21,197 bases of DNA, taken from the IMG/VR virus record IMGVR_UViG_2713896790_000003. One strand, 5' to 3'. Below are positions 7,585 to 14,917 of this stretch, piece after piece (position 1 is the first letter of the stretch; each line of letters opens with the position of its first letter). A model generated the notes under the pieces. It was not told the origin of the DNA. It made no database searches and saw only the letters and a program-made list of their open reading frames with translations. Made by a program: the position numbers and the translations under genes. The stretch comes from a virus. Its lineage: Duplodnaviria; Heunggongvirae; Uroviricota; Caudoviricetes.

Positions 7585-8688
7585 TCAAACAATCTGGAAA
7601 ATATTTCTTGGATTTGTAATAGGTCTGTTGATGGAGAACAACTCACGAATTAAATCTTGGCTCAAGCCAGTTTTCATAAGAATTCTTAGCCAGGTTGCAT
7701 CATCCAGCATTTCAATCGCCTCGGCCAGCATGCCGGGTTCTTCAGGGCGCAAAAGTTCATCACCAGGTTCAACTCTCGTATACCCTCTGGAATTAAGATG
7801 CATATAGCCAGTTCTTGCCTGTTCCTGGGTCAATAAGCCTAATGCGCTGGCTCGATAAATACACATTTTAAGGCTGATTTTCCATCTAAGTTTAAATTCA
7901 ACCAGAGCATTCCAGTCGAATTGCTTACCTCGTATTCGTGGAAATTCTTTAATGAAAGATAACCTGGGAACTAATAAGGCGCTCGAAAAGTGATCGGCTT
8001 GTGATTCCGTAAGTTTATCACCTGTCGTTATGCCCTCATGCATTACTAAATGCCCTAATTCATGACCTAAATCAGAGCGAAATCTACATATGCTTTTTTT
8101 AACATTGTTCCTGATGATAACAGGCCTGTTATTGTGAACAGTAAAAGCATCAACACGATCATCGACTCCCGTAACATGCGCAACGATTACCCCTAAACTC
8201 TCCGCCAATTTAACCATTGATGATATAGGGCCAAGACCTAAATTCCAGGCACGGCGACAATCTTCTGCCACTCGCTCAATATCATTCGGAGTAAGTAATT
8301 CAGCCCCTGGGTGCTCCGGTATGTTAACGTCAGGAAATTCGATTTCACCTTCAACAGCAGAAATTATAATATTAAGAATCTCAGCCCTGGCCAATACACT
8401 ATTAGTCAGCGTTTGAGTCCTGGACTTCTTACTCCGAAAATGGCAGACATCACTTTCCAGAGCGTATTTTCGTTCAGTAAAAAGAAAACTGGACTTAATC
8501 ATAAGCGCTGAAGATATTAACTCAAGACATTGCTCCGATGGCCTGCACCCCTTCTCCAGTTTGCTAACGAATTGCTTTGTCTTGCCAATTTTTTCGGCTA
8601 ACTCTTCACAAGAAAGCCCAACAGCCATTCTCGCTAGTTTGAGCTTATCACCCCGATACTCAGTGAAGTTATTCACCTGATGTTCCAT
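7585..8688 (-). CDS. Fused XRE-family HTH / ImmA-IrrE (M78-type) zinc metallopeptidase
   Basis: 367-aa ORF from ATG at 8688 (track start is a GTG one codon upstream). N-terminal HTH LSCEELAEKIGKTKQFVSKLEKG; central HEXXH motif in SDLGHELGHLVMHEG; about 100 extra C-terminal residues. Overlaps the upstream gene by 20 nt. Confidence 0.85.
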   Translation of the reverse strand: MEHQVNNFTEYRGDKLKLARMAVGLSCEELAEKIGKTKQFVSKLEKGCRPSEQCLELISSALMIKSSFLFTERKYALESDVCHFRSKKSRTQTLTNSVLARAEILNIIISAVEGEIEFPDVNIPEHPGAELLTPNDIERVAEDCRRAWNLGLGPISSMVKLAESLGVIVAHVTGVDDRVDAFTVHNNRPVIIRNNVKKSICRFRSDLGHELGHLVMHEGITTGDKLTESQADHFSSALLVPRLSFIKEFPRIRGKQFDWNALVEFKLRWKISLKMCIYRASALGLLTQEQARTGYMHLNSRGYTRVEPGDELLRPEEPGMLAEAIEMLDDATWLRILMKTGLSQDLIRELFSINRPITNPRNIFQIV

Positions 8689-9319
8689 CACTGCTCACAT
8701 CCAAATCTTTATCCTTCGTACGCCGACGAAGAGGCACCTTATTAATCTCCGCTTCGTCAGGGAGTGTGTTATAATCAAGAGGCATAAGCGGCATCGATGC
8801 TGTAGATTGATGAGAAACTATACTAATCTGAGCACCATAAGTATTAAATCCAACAAGAGCTACCTCCCAACGAGGCAGTGTGGACTCTAATTCACCATCG
8901 CCCTCTTCGGATAAAAAAGGCTCAGCTATGACTCGCCATGTAATATCTTGCTCAGCCTCAACATCACCAAACAATGAGAGCTGCTCATACTCTACTTTAT
9001 TTCGACGCAGACGATGTTTCTTTTTGGGGTTATTAATGCAATCTTTGGTAAATTGTAGCGGAACTTTATTTAAAGCAACTACATAGTCCAACCCCTTGGA
9101 AATCATCTCAAGGCCAGGAATTGCATCTTCATTTTGAATAAGATGATTTCTGACCCAATCATAAGCCCTTACACCTTCAGACCAGTTGCTGTCTAATGCG
9201 TGCTTATGATAGTACAGCTGCTCAAGTACGTTAGCGATCTCCGCCAACAAGTGGCGAACATAGTTTTCAGCAAGATAAGGTTGAAATTCCCAACAAGGAG
9301 CTAACTGATTTTCATTCAT
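8669..9319 (-). CDS. Hypothetical protein (216 aa), first gene of the cassette, no recognisable domain
   Basis: ATG-initiated ORF MNENQLAPCWEFQPYLAENYVRHLL...; acidic, no HTH, no transmembrane segment, no catalytic motif I can identify; weak Shine-Dalgarno. Confidence 0.7.
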   Translation of the reverse strand: MNENQLAPCWEFQPYLAENYVRHLLAEIANVLEQLYYHKHALDSNWSEGVRAYDWVRNHLIQNEDAIPGLEMISKGLDYVVALNKVPLQFTKDCINNPKKKHRLRRNKVEYEQLSLFGDVEAEQDITWRVIAEPFLSEEGDGELESTLPRWEVALVGFNTYGAQISIVSHQSTASMPLMPLDYNTLPDEAEINKVPLRRRTKDKDLDVSSDGTSGE

Positions 9320-9354
9320 TTCAAGTTTCGCTTTTTTTAGAATTCGTAAACCAC

Positions 9355-9383
9355 ATATTTTCGCATTTTTCTATTTTTGTCAA
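9355..9383 (-). promoter_or_regulatory. Putative promoter of the two-gene cassette
   Basis: Perfect -35 TTGACA (9383-9378) on the minus strand, about 60 bp upstream of the 216-aa ATG; the -10 is only moderate (AAATAT or GAAAAT). Confidence 0.35.
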
Positions 9384-9390
9384 CCAGACT

Positions 9391-9416
9391 AATGCAAAAA
9401 CCCGCCGAAGCGGGTT
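9391..9416 (-). terminator. Rho-independent terminator downstream of hokD, insulating the cassette
   Basis: Hairpin cccgccgaagcggg (9401-9414) followed on the minus strand by tttttgcatt; same stem-loop sequence as the terminator at 7566-7579. Confidence 0.6.
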
Positions 9417-9484
9417 AAGTGCGGGTGCGTTGAGGATGCCTGGCACATCAGAGGTGGCGGGAGATTACTCCCCCGCCGGGTCTC

Positions 9485-9640
9485 TTACTCCTCAGGTTCG
9501 TAAGCTGTGAAGACAGCGACCTCCGTCTGGCCGGTTCGGATTCGTACCTCGCAGAGGTCTTTCCTCGTTACCAGTGCCGTCACNATGACGGTTAAACAGA
9601 TGACGATCAGGGCGATTANCATCGCCTTTTGCTGCTTCAT
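9485..9640 (-). CDS. hokD: Hok/Gef-family type I membrane toxin, HokD (RelF)-like
   Basis: 51 codons MKQQKAMxIALIVICLTVxVTALVTRKDLCEVRIRTGQTEVAVFTAYEPEE with RBS AAGGAGAAG; matches E. coli HokD as I recall it. Two codons contain ambiguous bases (n at 9584 and 9599). The 70-aa track ORF is an in-frame upstream extension. Confidence 0.8.
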   Translation of the reverse strand: MKQQKAMXIALIVICLTVXVTALVTRKDLCEVRIRTGQTEVAVFTAYEPEE

Positions 9641-9841
9641 AGCCTGCTTCTCCTTGCCTTTCGGCACGTAAGAGGCTAACCTACGTGTGTAGAGCATAGA
9701 TATGGCCTCAGATTAATGTTAAGCGTCTTGCCGGACGCGTAATGTTAACTGGGGCTTTTCTCTATCTGCCTTTTGGTGTTCATGCCTGAGACAGATAGCC
9801 TCAAGCACCCGCTGCAATTCTACTTAACTCTCCTTTTCCCG

Positions 9842-9925
9842 CAAACCGTTTTTATCCCCAGCGGCAAATCGAATACACCACCAGCGCCACCGCCATCGCA
9901 ATTCCTACCGTTGTTAATGCTTCAG
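9842..9925 (-). CDS. Possible small hydrophobic peptide (27 aa)
   Basis: [27 protein letters not shown]; its ATG overlaps the stop of the upstream 114-aa gene (ATGA). Below the ORF-track size cutoff. Confidence 0.3.
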
Positions 9926-9931
9926 GCCAGG

Positions 9932-10276
9932 TCATCGTAAAATATCCTCCACGCTTATCAGTCCGTTCCGCTCCAGATAACTCATCGCCTTATCCGGTAA
10001 TTTGCAGTCTGGCTTCGCTTTCCTCAGTTGCCAGGTTAACTGCTTTACCAGCATGGTTAACTCATCGACCAGACGCTGATATCCCACTGGTTTGTATTCA
10101 TGCAATTTACCGGCTGGCTCTGCTGCCAGCGATACCAGTGCGATTTCCAGAACAGCAATATCCATCTTATATGTGCGGATGATGTCATGGTCGATTGTGC
10201 CCGGTATGCACAGTCTCTGTGCTTCAATAGTCTCCTCTGCGTGAGCTATTAACTGCTCTCTGGTAAAAGTCGTCAT
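9932..10276 (-). CDS. Hypothetical protein (114 aa)
   Basis: ATG start overlapping the stop of the upstream 55-aa gene (ATGA); N-terminus [12 protein letters not shown] resembles that of the neighbouring 55-aa ORF. Confidence 0.55.
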   Translation of the reverse strand: MTTFTREQLIAHAEETIEAQRLCIPGTIDHDIIRTYKMDIAVLEIALVSLAAEPAGKLHEYKPVGYQRLVDELTMLVKQLTWQLRKAKPDCKLPDKAMSYLERNGLISVEDILR

Positions 10277-10440
10277 GCCGTAGCCCCTTCTTGATATTTT
10301 TCAAACCAGAACACAACCGGCTCTGCTTCCAGCGATGCCAGCGCAATCCGTGCCAGTTCCATTTGTTCACCACGGGTAAGCCCGTTTTCAAGCGGGTTTT
10401 TAATGAACAATTCAATACGTTCTTTGGTAATAGTGGTCAT
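10273..10440 (-). CDS. Hypothetical small protein (55 aa)
   Basis: [20 protein letters not shown]...; strong RBS TAAGGAGT 5 nt upstream of the ATG; below the ORF-track cutoff. Confidence 0.5.
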   Translation of the reverse strand: MTTITKERIELFIKNPLENGLTRGEQMELARIALASLEAEPVVFWFEKYQEGATA

Positions 10441-10450
10441 GTGTTACTCC

Positions 10451-10714
10451 TTAACCCGCAGTGCTTTCAACTGATGAGGGGAACAAAATCTTTTCATCAA
10501 ACCCTGCATTCATATCATGGACAGCAACACACCAATCCATTGACGAACGATTATCAAGAGCCTCCATGATTTCATCCATGCGGCGCAGGTCATACAGGTA
10601 AATGCTTTTATCGCCAATGGTGTAAAAACCAATTTTTTTCGGTGATGGACAGCGATCAAGAACGTCCTGTAATTCGTTCAACCATGCCTGTTCTTTTTTT
10701 GTCAAAGTTGCCAT
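10451..10714 (-). CDS. Hypothetical protein (87 aa)
   Basis: Trimmed to ATG at 10714 (MATLTKKEQAWLNELQ...) with RBS AGGAAAA; the longer track ORF would overlap the upstream gene. Confidence 0.5.
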   Translation of the reverse strand: MATLTKKEQAWLNELQDVLDRCPSPKKIGFYTIGDKSIYLYDLRRMDEIMEALDNRSSMDWCVAVHDMNAGFDEKILFPSSVESTAG

Positions 10715-10715
10715 A

Positions 10716-10934
10716 TCAGTTTTCCTTATACGGATTAATTTTATTGTGCAGTGTGTTGAACGGAGCCCATACCACGTCGTTATACAATTCAATAACTGGC
10801 TCAATTATTTTTCCGATTCCCCATACCAGAATTAACGGGGATATCGGTATCATCAACACGATAAACAGAATGAGAAACAAAAATTCTGTCGCTCTACTTT
10901 TTCGCGGATATTCTTTTCTGAATAATGTAGGCAC
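10716..10934 (-). CDS. Hypothetical small membrane protein (72 aa)
   Basis: GTG start preceded by AAAGGAGAG; hydrophobic stretch FLFLILFIVLMIPISPLILVWGIG. Confidence 0.5.
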   Translation of the reverse strand: MPTLFRKEYPRKSRATEFLFLILFIVLMIPISPLILVWGIGKIIEPVIELYNDVVWAPFNTLHNKINPYKEN

Positions 10935-10935
10935 A

Positions 10936-11151
10936 TCACTCTCCTTTGTTGCTCCTCAAAATTTTATGCCCTGGCGCAAAAGCACGCGTTTTGTCGGCAC
11001 TTATTCGCCACCCATCTTTACGTGCCTCTTTTGCACAGCCAGCCCATGACGTACCGATATACTCACCAAAATCTGGCGACTGATATTTGCCATCCGTACA
11101 CTGGCGGCAATCACAATAGAGATGCATGGTATAACTTGCGGCAATACCCAT
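10936..11151 (-). CDS. Hypothetical Cys-rich small protein (71 aa)
   Basis: ATG start with strong RBS AAAGGAGG; motif CDCRQC...C suggests metal binding. Confidence 0.5.
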   Translation of the reverse strand: MGIAASYTMHLYCDCRQCTDGKYQSPDFGEYIGTSWAGCAKEARKDGWRISADKTRAFAPGHKILRSNKGE

Positions 11152-11511
11152 TCAGCCTCCTTTGATGCCCGTGTTTACAACCAGGCAGGCCTCCTTGAGT
11201 ACCCAGTCAATAGCGTCTTTCCATGCTCCGGTTTCAACTGGCGGATCCTCACGCCGTACCTGTTCATAAAAGCGCACAGCTTTAACCAGTCCTTCTGATG
11301 TCACCGAAGCTGGCGGGGCCGTGAATAACGCCTGAATTTCATAGTTTGGTCTGTCGTTACAATCCTCTTTTGTCGGGACATATTTCCAGTCACCAACCCA
11401 CTGCTTCCCCTGAAAGTCTGTAACGCCTTTTTTCACGTAGCGATATCGCCATGCCACTGGTTTTGCCTGCCCTACCTTTTCATGCCCTTCCTGATAATTA
11501 ATCTCGCTCAT
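11152..11511 (-). CDS. Hypothetical protein (119 aa)
   Basis: ATG start overlapping the stop of the upstream 58-aa ORF (ATGA). Confidence 0.55.
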   Translation of the reverse strand: MSEINYQEGHEKVGQAKPVAWRYRYVKKGVTDFQGKQWVGDWKYVPTKEDCNDRPNYEIQALFTAPPASVTSEGLVKAVRFYEQVRREDPPVETGAWKDAIDWVLKEACLVVNTGIKGG

Positions 11512-11684
11512 TCATCGCCCCACTCATCACAATATGCTTCGACCGGTGTTTTCCCTGCTTCATAATCATCACGCCATGCTTCAGCATCAGCGGCACTTCC
11601 ACCGCGTAACTCTGCATAATCCATTAACAGTTCATGCCATTCTTCAAAACTGGCGTTATATTTAGTTGAACCAAAATCAGCCAT
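11511..11684 (-). CDS. Hypothetical small acidic protein (58 aa)
   Basis: MADFGSTKYNASFEEWHELLMDYAELRGG...; coupled at both ends to neighbouring ORFs; below the ORF-track cutoff. Confidence 0.4.
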
Positions 11685-11859
11685 TTTGTTCTTCCTCTTC
11701 GTCTTTTATTTCGTGGTATGAGTAATTGCAGTAGTTAAAGAAAATATCTTTAGCTTCATCCTGTATTTCATCTGGTGTTGCATCATCATCCACTTCGAAT
11801 TCATCCTCGAAATCTCCACCGGCTATTCCCGTTTCAATAATTATTTTGAATTTTCGCAT
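11677..11859 (-). CDS. Hypothetical small acidic protein (60 aa)
   Basis: ATG-initiated ORF, highly acidic (DFEDEFEVDDD...EEEEQNG); 8-nt overlap with the downstream ORF. Confidence 0.45.
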   Translation of the reverse strand: MRKFKIIIETGIAGGDFEDEFEVDDDATPDEIQDEAKDIFFNYCNYSYHEIKDEEEEQNG

Positions 11860-11954
11860 TTCACTACCGCCCTTTCGGACGGCCTCCTGATGTTCTGAGG
11901 GTGCAGAAATCCCTCCGGTTAAGGATTTGATTTTATTTACAGTGCTAAATTTAA

Positions 11955-12311
11955 TTATTCAGTTCTGGATTTTGTCGCCCTGCATATCCGCGCTTTCGCG
12001 TTACGCTCAATCTGAATTAACTTTTCTATATTTTTCCGCCTTTCCTGTTCCTCCTGGCGCAATAGCCTTACATCATCTGCCAGTCTGGTTTCTCTTTTCG
12101 CCACAGAGAGCATCCAGTCAAACGGCTCCACAACTGCACCGCAGATTTTACAGCGGACCTGACGCTCTTTTTCGTCAACCCGAACAGAGGCGTGATGACA
12201 ATATGGTCTTTCCGATGGCTCATAAAGAAAATTAACCTGATTACGAGGGTCATCCTCTTTTACCGGAAATAAAACGATATTGCTTAACTCATCCTCTGGT
12301 TTTATTTCCAT
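11955..12311 (-). CDS. Hypothetical protein (118 aa) with possible zinc-ribbon
   Basis: ATG start; CHH...CKIC motif; 23-nt overlap with the upstream gene. Confidence 0.5.
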   Translation of the reverse strand: MEIKPEDELSNIVLFPVKEDDPRNQVNFLYEPSERPYCHHASVRVDEKERQVRCKICGAVVEPFDWMLSVAKRETRLADDVRLLRQEEQERRKNIEKLIQIERNAKARICRATKSRTE

Positions 12312-12750
12312 GCTCCTCTCCTTTGATGCGAATGCCAGCGACGCGTAATGCGTGTTCTAAGTCAATCAGGTAAAGCCAACTGCCATTTTCTTTAGGTATC
12401 ATGACATGTCGCTCATCTGCATTTATCGGGTGTCCATATCGAAGGTCGTAGCGAGTCGGTAATTGAACTTCCCGCGCTTCCAGTTCAGCAATACGCTTGC
12501 TCCCATCAGAGATAACGCCTTCGTAATACTCACGCTGCTCTTTGAGTTGTGATTTTGCTTCTTCCAGTCCATCCAGCAAATCAGCGATAATATCCGCTTC
12601 CCGATGACGGATGTGACGCTTAAACGCAGCAAGAGCCGCATCACAATCCCGTTCAGCATTTGGGCTGTCCGGGATAGCCTGATACCACGCCAGCGTCGAC
12701 TGATAGTTTTGTGCTGCCTCACGAAGCGCCTCATAGTTAACCTCTCTCAT
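12289..12750 (-). CDS. Hypothetical protein (153 aa)
   Basis: ATG start overlapping the DUF4406 stop (ATGA). Confidence 0.55.
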   Translation of the reverse strand: MREVNYEALREAAQNYQSTLAWYQAIPDSPNAERDCDAALAAFKRHIRHREADIIADLLDGLEEAKSQLKEQREYYEGVISDGSKRIAELEAREVQLPTRYDLRYGHPINADERHVMIPKENGSWLYLIDLEHALRVAGIRIKGEEHGNKTRG

Positions 12751-13043
12751 TGAGCCACCTCCTGATAAATCACTGCATGCCCCAGTTTCTCCGCCAGTGC
12801 CAGCTCTGCCTTAGCGCCCGCTGACCGCTGCCAGCCATTCAGCATGTAAATCGCATCCACACAACGAATCATTGCCATGCAAATATCCATGTAGTGCGGC
12901 TGTGTCAGCCCGTCCGGAAGTACTGCCGGGTTTAAGACGGTATGCCCTTCCCGTTTCAGTTCCTCTTCCGCCTTGTGAAACGCCTCACGGTTGAAATTTT
13001 CATATCCCGTCATTGGACCGGCAATATAAACTCTGACCCTCAC
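12747..13043 (-). CDS. DUF4406-like protein (nucleoside 2-deoxyribosyltransferase-like fold)
   Basis: 99 aa from a GTG start preceded by AGGAGG; VRVYIAGPMTG...NREAF...GHTVLNPA...W..SAGAKAELALAEKLG matches the DUF4406 pattern as I recall it. Confidence 0.65.
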   Translation of the reverse strand: MRVRVYIAGPMTGYENFNREAFHKAEEELKREGHTVLNPAVLPDGLTQPHYMDICMAMIRCVDAIYMLNGWQRSAGAKAELALAEKLGHAVIYQEVAQ

Positions 13044-13432
13044 TCCATCACCTCCTGAAAGTTTCCCCGATAGAACGCCAGCACACGCTGCATAACTTCG
13101 CTCTGGCGGCACTCACGACAAATTATGTTCTGCCGTCTGTTGTAACGACGTATTTCTCCGTCAGGTAACTTTCGAATCAGTGTCGGGTCAGCAGCCTTCT
13201 CCGGTGTCTTACGCCATACGCGATACGCCTGCTCTGATGGAAATACCCCGCAACCAGAGAGCCAGACATCACCACTGGCCGCAAGCGCACCAGATAAACG
13301 ACGAATAGCGGTCTTACTGACACCCGTTTTATCTGCCAGTTGTCGAAAAGTTTCTCGTCCGCTCAGGCGCACGAATTCCACAATGCGCGCCTTCACTTCT
13401 TCCCGCTCTTCTGGTGTAAATACTTTTGCCAT
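13040..13432 (-). CDS. Hypothetical HTH-containing protein (130 aa)
   Basis: ATG at 13432 preceded by GGAGG (the track start at 13447 is TTG); HTH-like LADKTGVSKTAIRRL; C-terminal CRECRQ. Confidence 0.5.
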   Translation of the reverse strand: MAKVFTPEEREEVKARIVEFVRLSGRETFRQLADKTGVSKTAIRRLSGALAASGDVWLSGCGVFPSEQAYRVWRKTPEKAADPTLIRKLPDGEIRRYNRRQNIICRECRQSEVMQRVLAFYRGNFQEVME

Positions 13433-13447
13433 AAGCGCCTCCGGCAA

Positions 13448-14218
13448 TCACTTTTCCGATACAACACGGCGGGAAGAATCAGTAATCTGTCGAACAATAT
13501 CCCGGTGCTTGTTCACCTCCCGCAGCGCGGCGCAGACTCGCTCCCACTTCTGAACATCACTTTTCGCCCTGCGCAGCGCCAGGTTTGCCCTGCGAAGGGA
13601 CGGAAAAATCAGCTCATCTGCTTGCGTTTCGGTAAACGATGGCAACGGCTGCACAATGTCCGCCACAGTTTCTGTTTTAATTTCTTCCTGTGTTGCGGCT
13701 TCCCGGACTGGTAACGCAGCACCTGCTGGCTGAGGAAAGGCCTTACCATCACTTTCCGTTACCAGCGCGGCTTTCGGCTCTGCTGGTAAATTATCGCCCG
13801 GCATGCAGTAACGAAATTTATCGTTCTGATTAACGCGTGCCAGCCGCCCCGTTGCGGTTACCACCGCCAGCGTGGAGGCAACCTTGCGAGTACTGACGCC
13901 GAACTTACCCGCCAGTTCCTCACACGTTTTAGCACCATCCTGACCGATAAACTCAATCATCATGTCTGCGGTAACTTTTTGTTCGACCTCCCCGGTCAGC
14001 ATATCCTGTGCTTCAGATTTTACTGGCCGCTCTTCGGTTACCCGGGATTCACCTTCGCCAGCCAGAAACCAGGTGTGACCAGTTTTATCAACGACGCCAT
14101 TTCTTTTGAGTTCCCACAGCTCGTTGAGAACCTCTTCACGACTGATATCAAGTCGCGCGGCCAGTTCTACCGATGTGGCTTTTCCCATTGCTTTCAGTGC
14201 GTCAAATACGGTTTCCAT
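13448..14218 (-). CDS. Hypothetical protein (257 aa) with two winged-helix-like segments
   Basis: ATG at 14218 preceded by GGAGG (track start is TTG); two similar segments ([17 protein letters not shown] and [17 protein letters not shown]). Confidence 0.55.
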   Translation of the reverse strand: METVFDALKAMGKATSVELAARLDISREEVLNELWELKRNGVVDKTGHTWFLAGEGESRVTEERPVKSEAQDMLTGEVEQKVTADMMIEFIGQDGAKTCEELAGKFGVSTRKVASTLAVVTATGRLARVNQNDKFRYCMPGDNLPAEPKAALVTESDGKAFPQPAGAALPVREAATQEEIKTETVADIVQPLPSFTETQADELIFPSLRRANLALRRAKSDVQKWERVCAALREVNKHRDIVRQITDSSRRVVSEK

Positions 14219-14251
14219 TAAAATTTCCTCCGACAAAATCGTTTCTCAGAT

Positions 14252-14917
14252 TCAAATAAAACCAGCTGCCTTCCGGCGTTCGTATTCCTGTTTCAGCCGT
14301 TCAATTGGCGTTGGCCCTTGCGGGTGTTTCGCCCCTTCCAGTTGTCGTCGCACTGGCGGAACACTCATCCCGTTACCAACATGCTTTGCCCATTTCGTCA
14401 GTTGCCGTTCCGCAAGTCGTTTTAACTCACCCTGCGTCATCTGGCGCTCAATCCCTCTGGTACGCATTTCGAGGCAGATGTGGTACAGCACAGGCTGAGG
14501 CCACGGATATTTGTCGCTTCCGTCATATCGCCAGGATTCATCACGCCAGCGGCGGTACTCCTCCATCACAGCATCCACCGTCAGGCCAAATGGATTGGCC
14601 CCGCTTTCTGAAATCAGCGCCACAAACTCAGCCAGGTCCGGAGGCCATGTTTCACCCGCCCGGCAGCGGTCCATGCACTGGCGGCAGACCTGTCGGATTT
14701 GCTGCTCAGTCATCGCGCCAATCTGTGCAATCCAGAGCTTCGAAGGTGCGGCCCCGTTCTTCTGGGTCCAGCGGTTCGAATAAACCTCCCCCATGAGTTC
14801 CCACAGCTTCCAGACCGTTTCCGTCGCTGATAAATCCGTTTTCACGTTCCCACTGCTCACGTGCTGCCCGAATTTCCTGAACTGCCCGTGATGCGGTGCC
14901 ACCTGGTGCTGCTGCAT
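14252..14917 (-). CDS. Lambda P-like replication protein (helicase loader); start uncertain
   Basis: C-terminal two-thirds align by eye with lambda P (YPWPQPVLYHICLEMR... against YPWKSNAHYWLVTNLYQ..., FVAL against FVAW). Frame is open back to ATG 14917 (RBS AAGGGGG), overlapping the O-like 3' end by 212 nt; alternative starts at 14794 and 14713. Confidence 0.6.
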   Translation of the reverse strand: MQQHQVAPHHGQFRKFGQHVSSGNVKTDLSATETVWKLWELMGEVYSNRWTQKNGAAPSKLWIAQIGAMTEQQIRQVCRQCMDRCRAGETWPPDLAEFVALISESGANPFGLTVDAVMEEYRRWRDESWRYDGSDKYPWPQPVLYHICLEMRTRGIERQMTQGELKRLAERQLTKWAKHVGNGMSVPPVRRQLEGAKHPQGPTPIERLKQEYERRKAAGFI

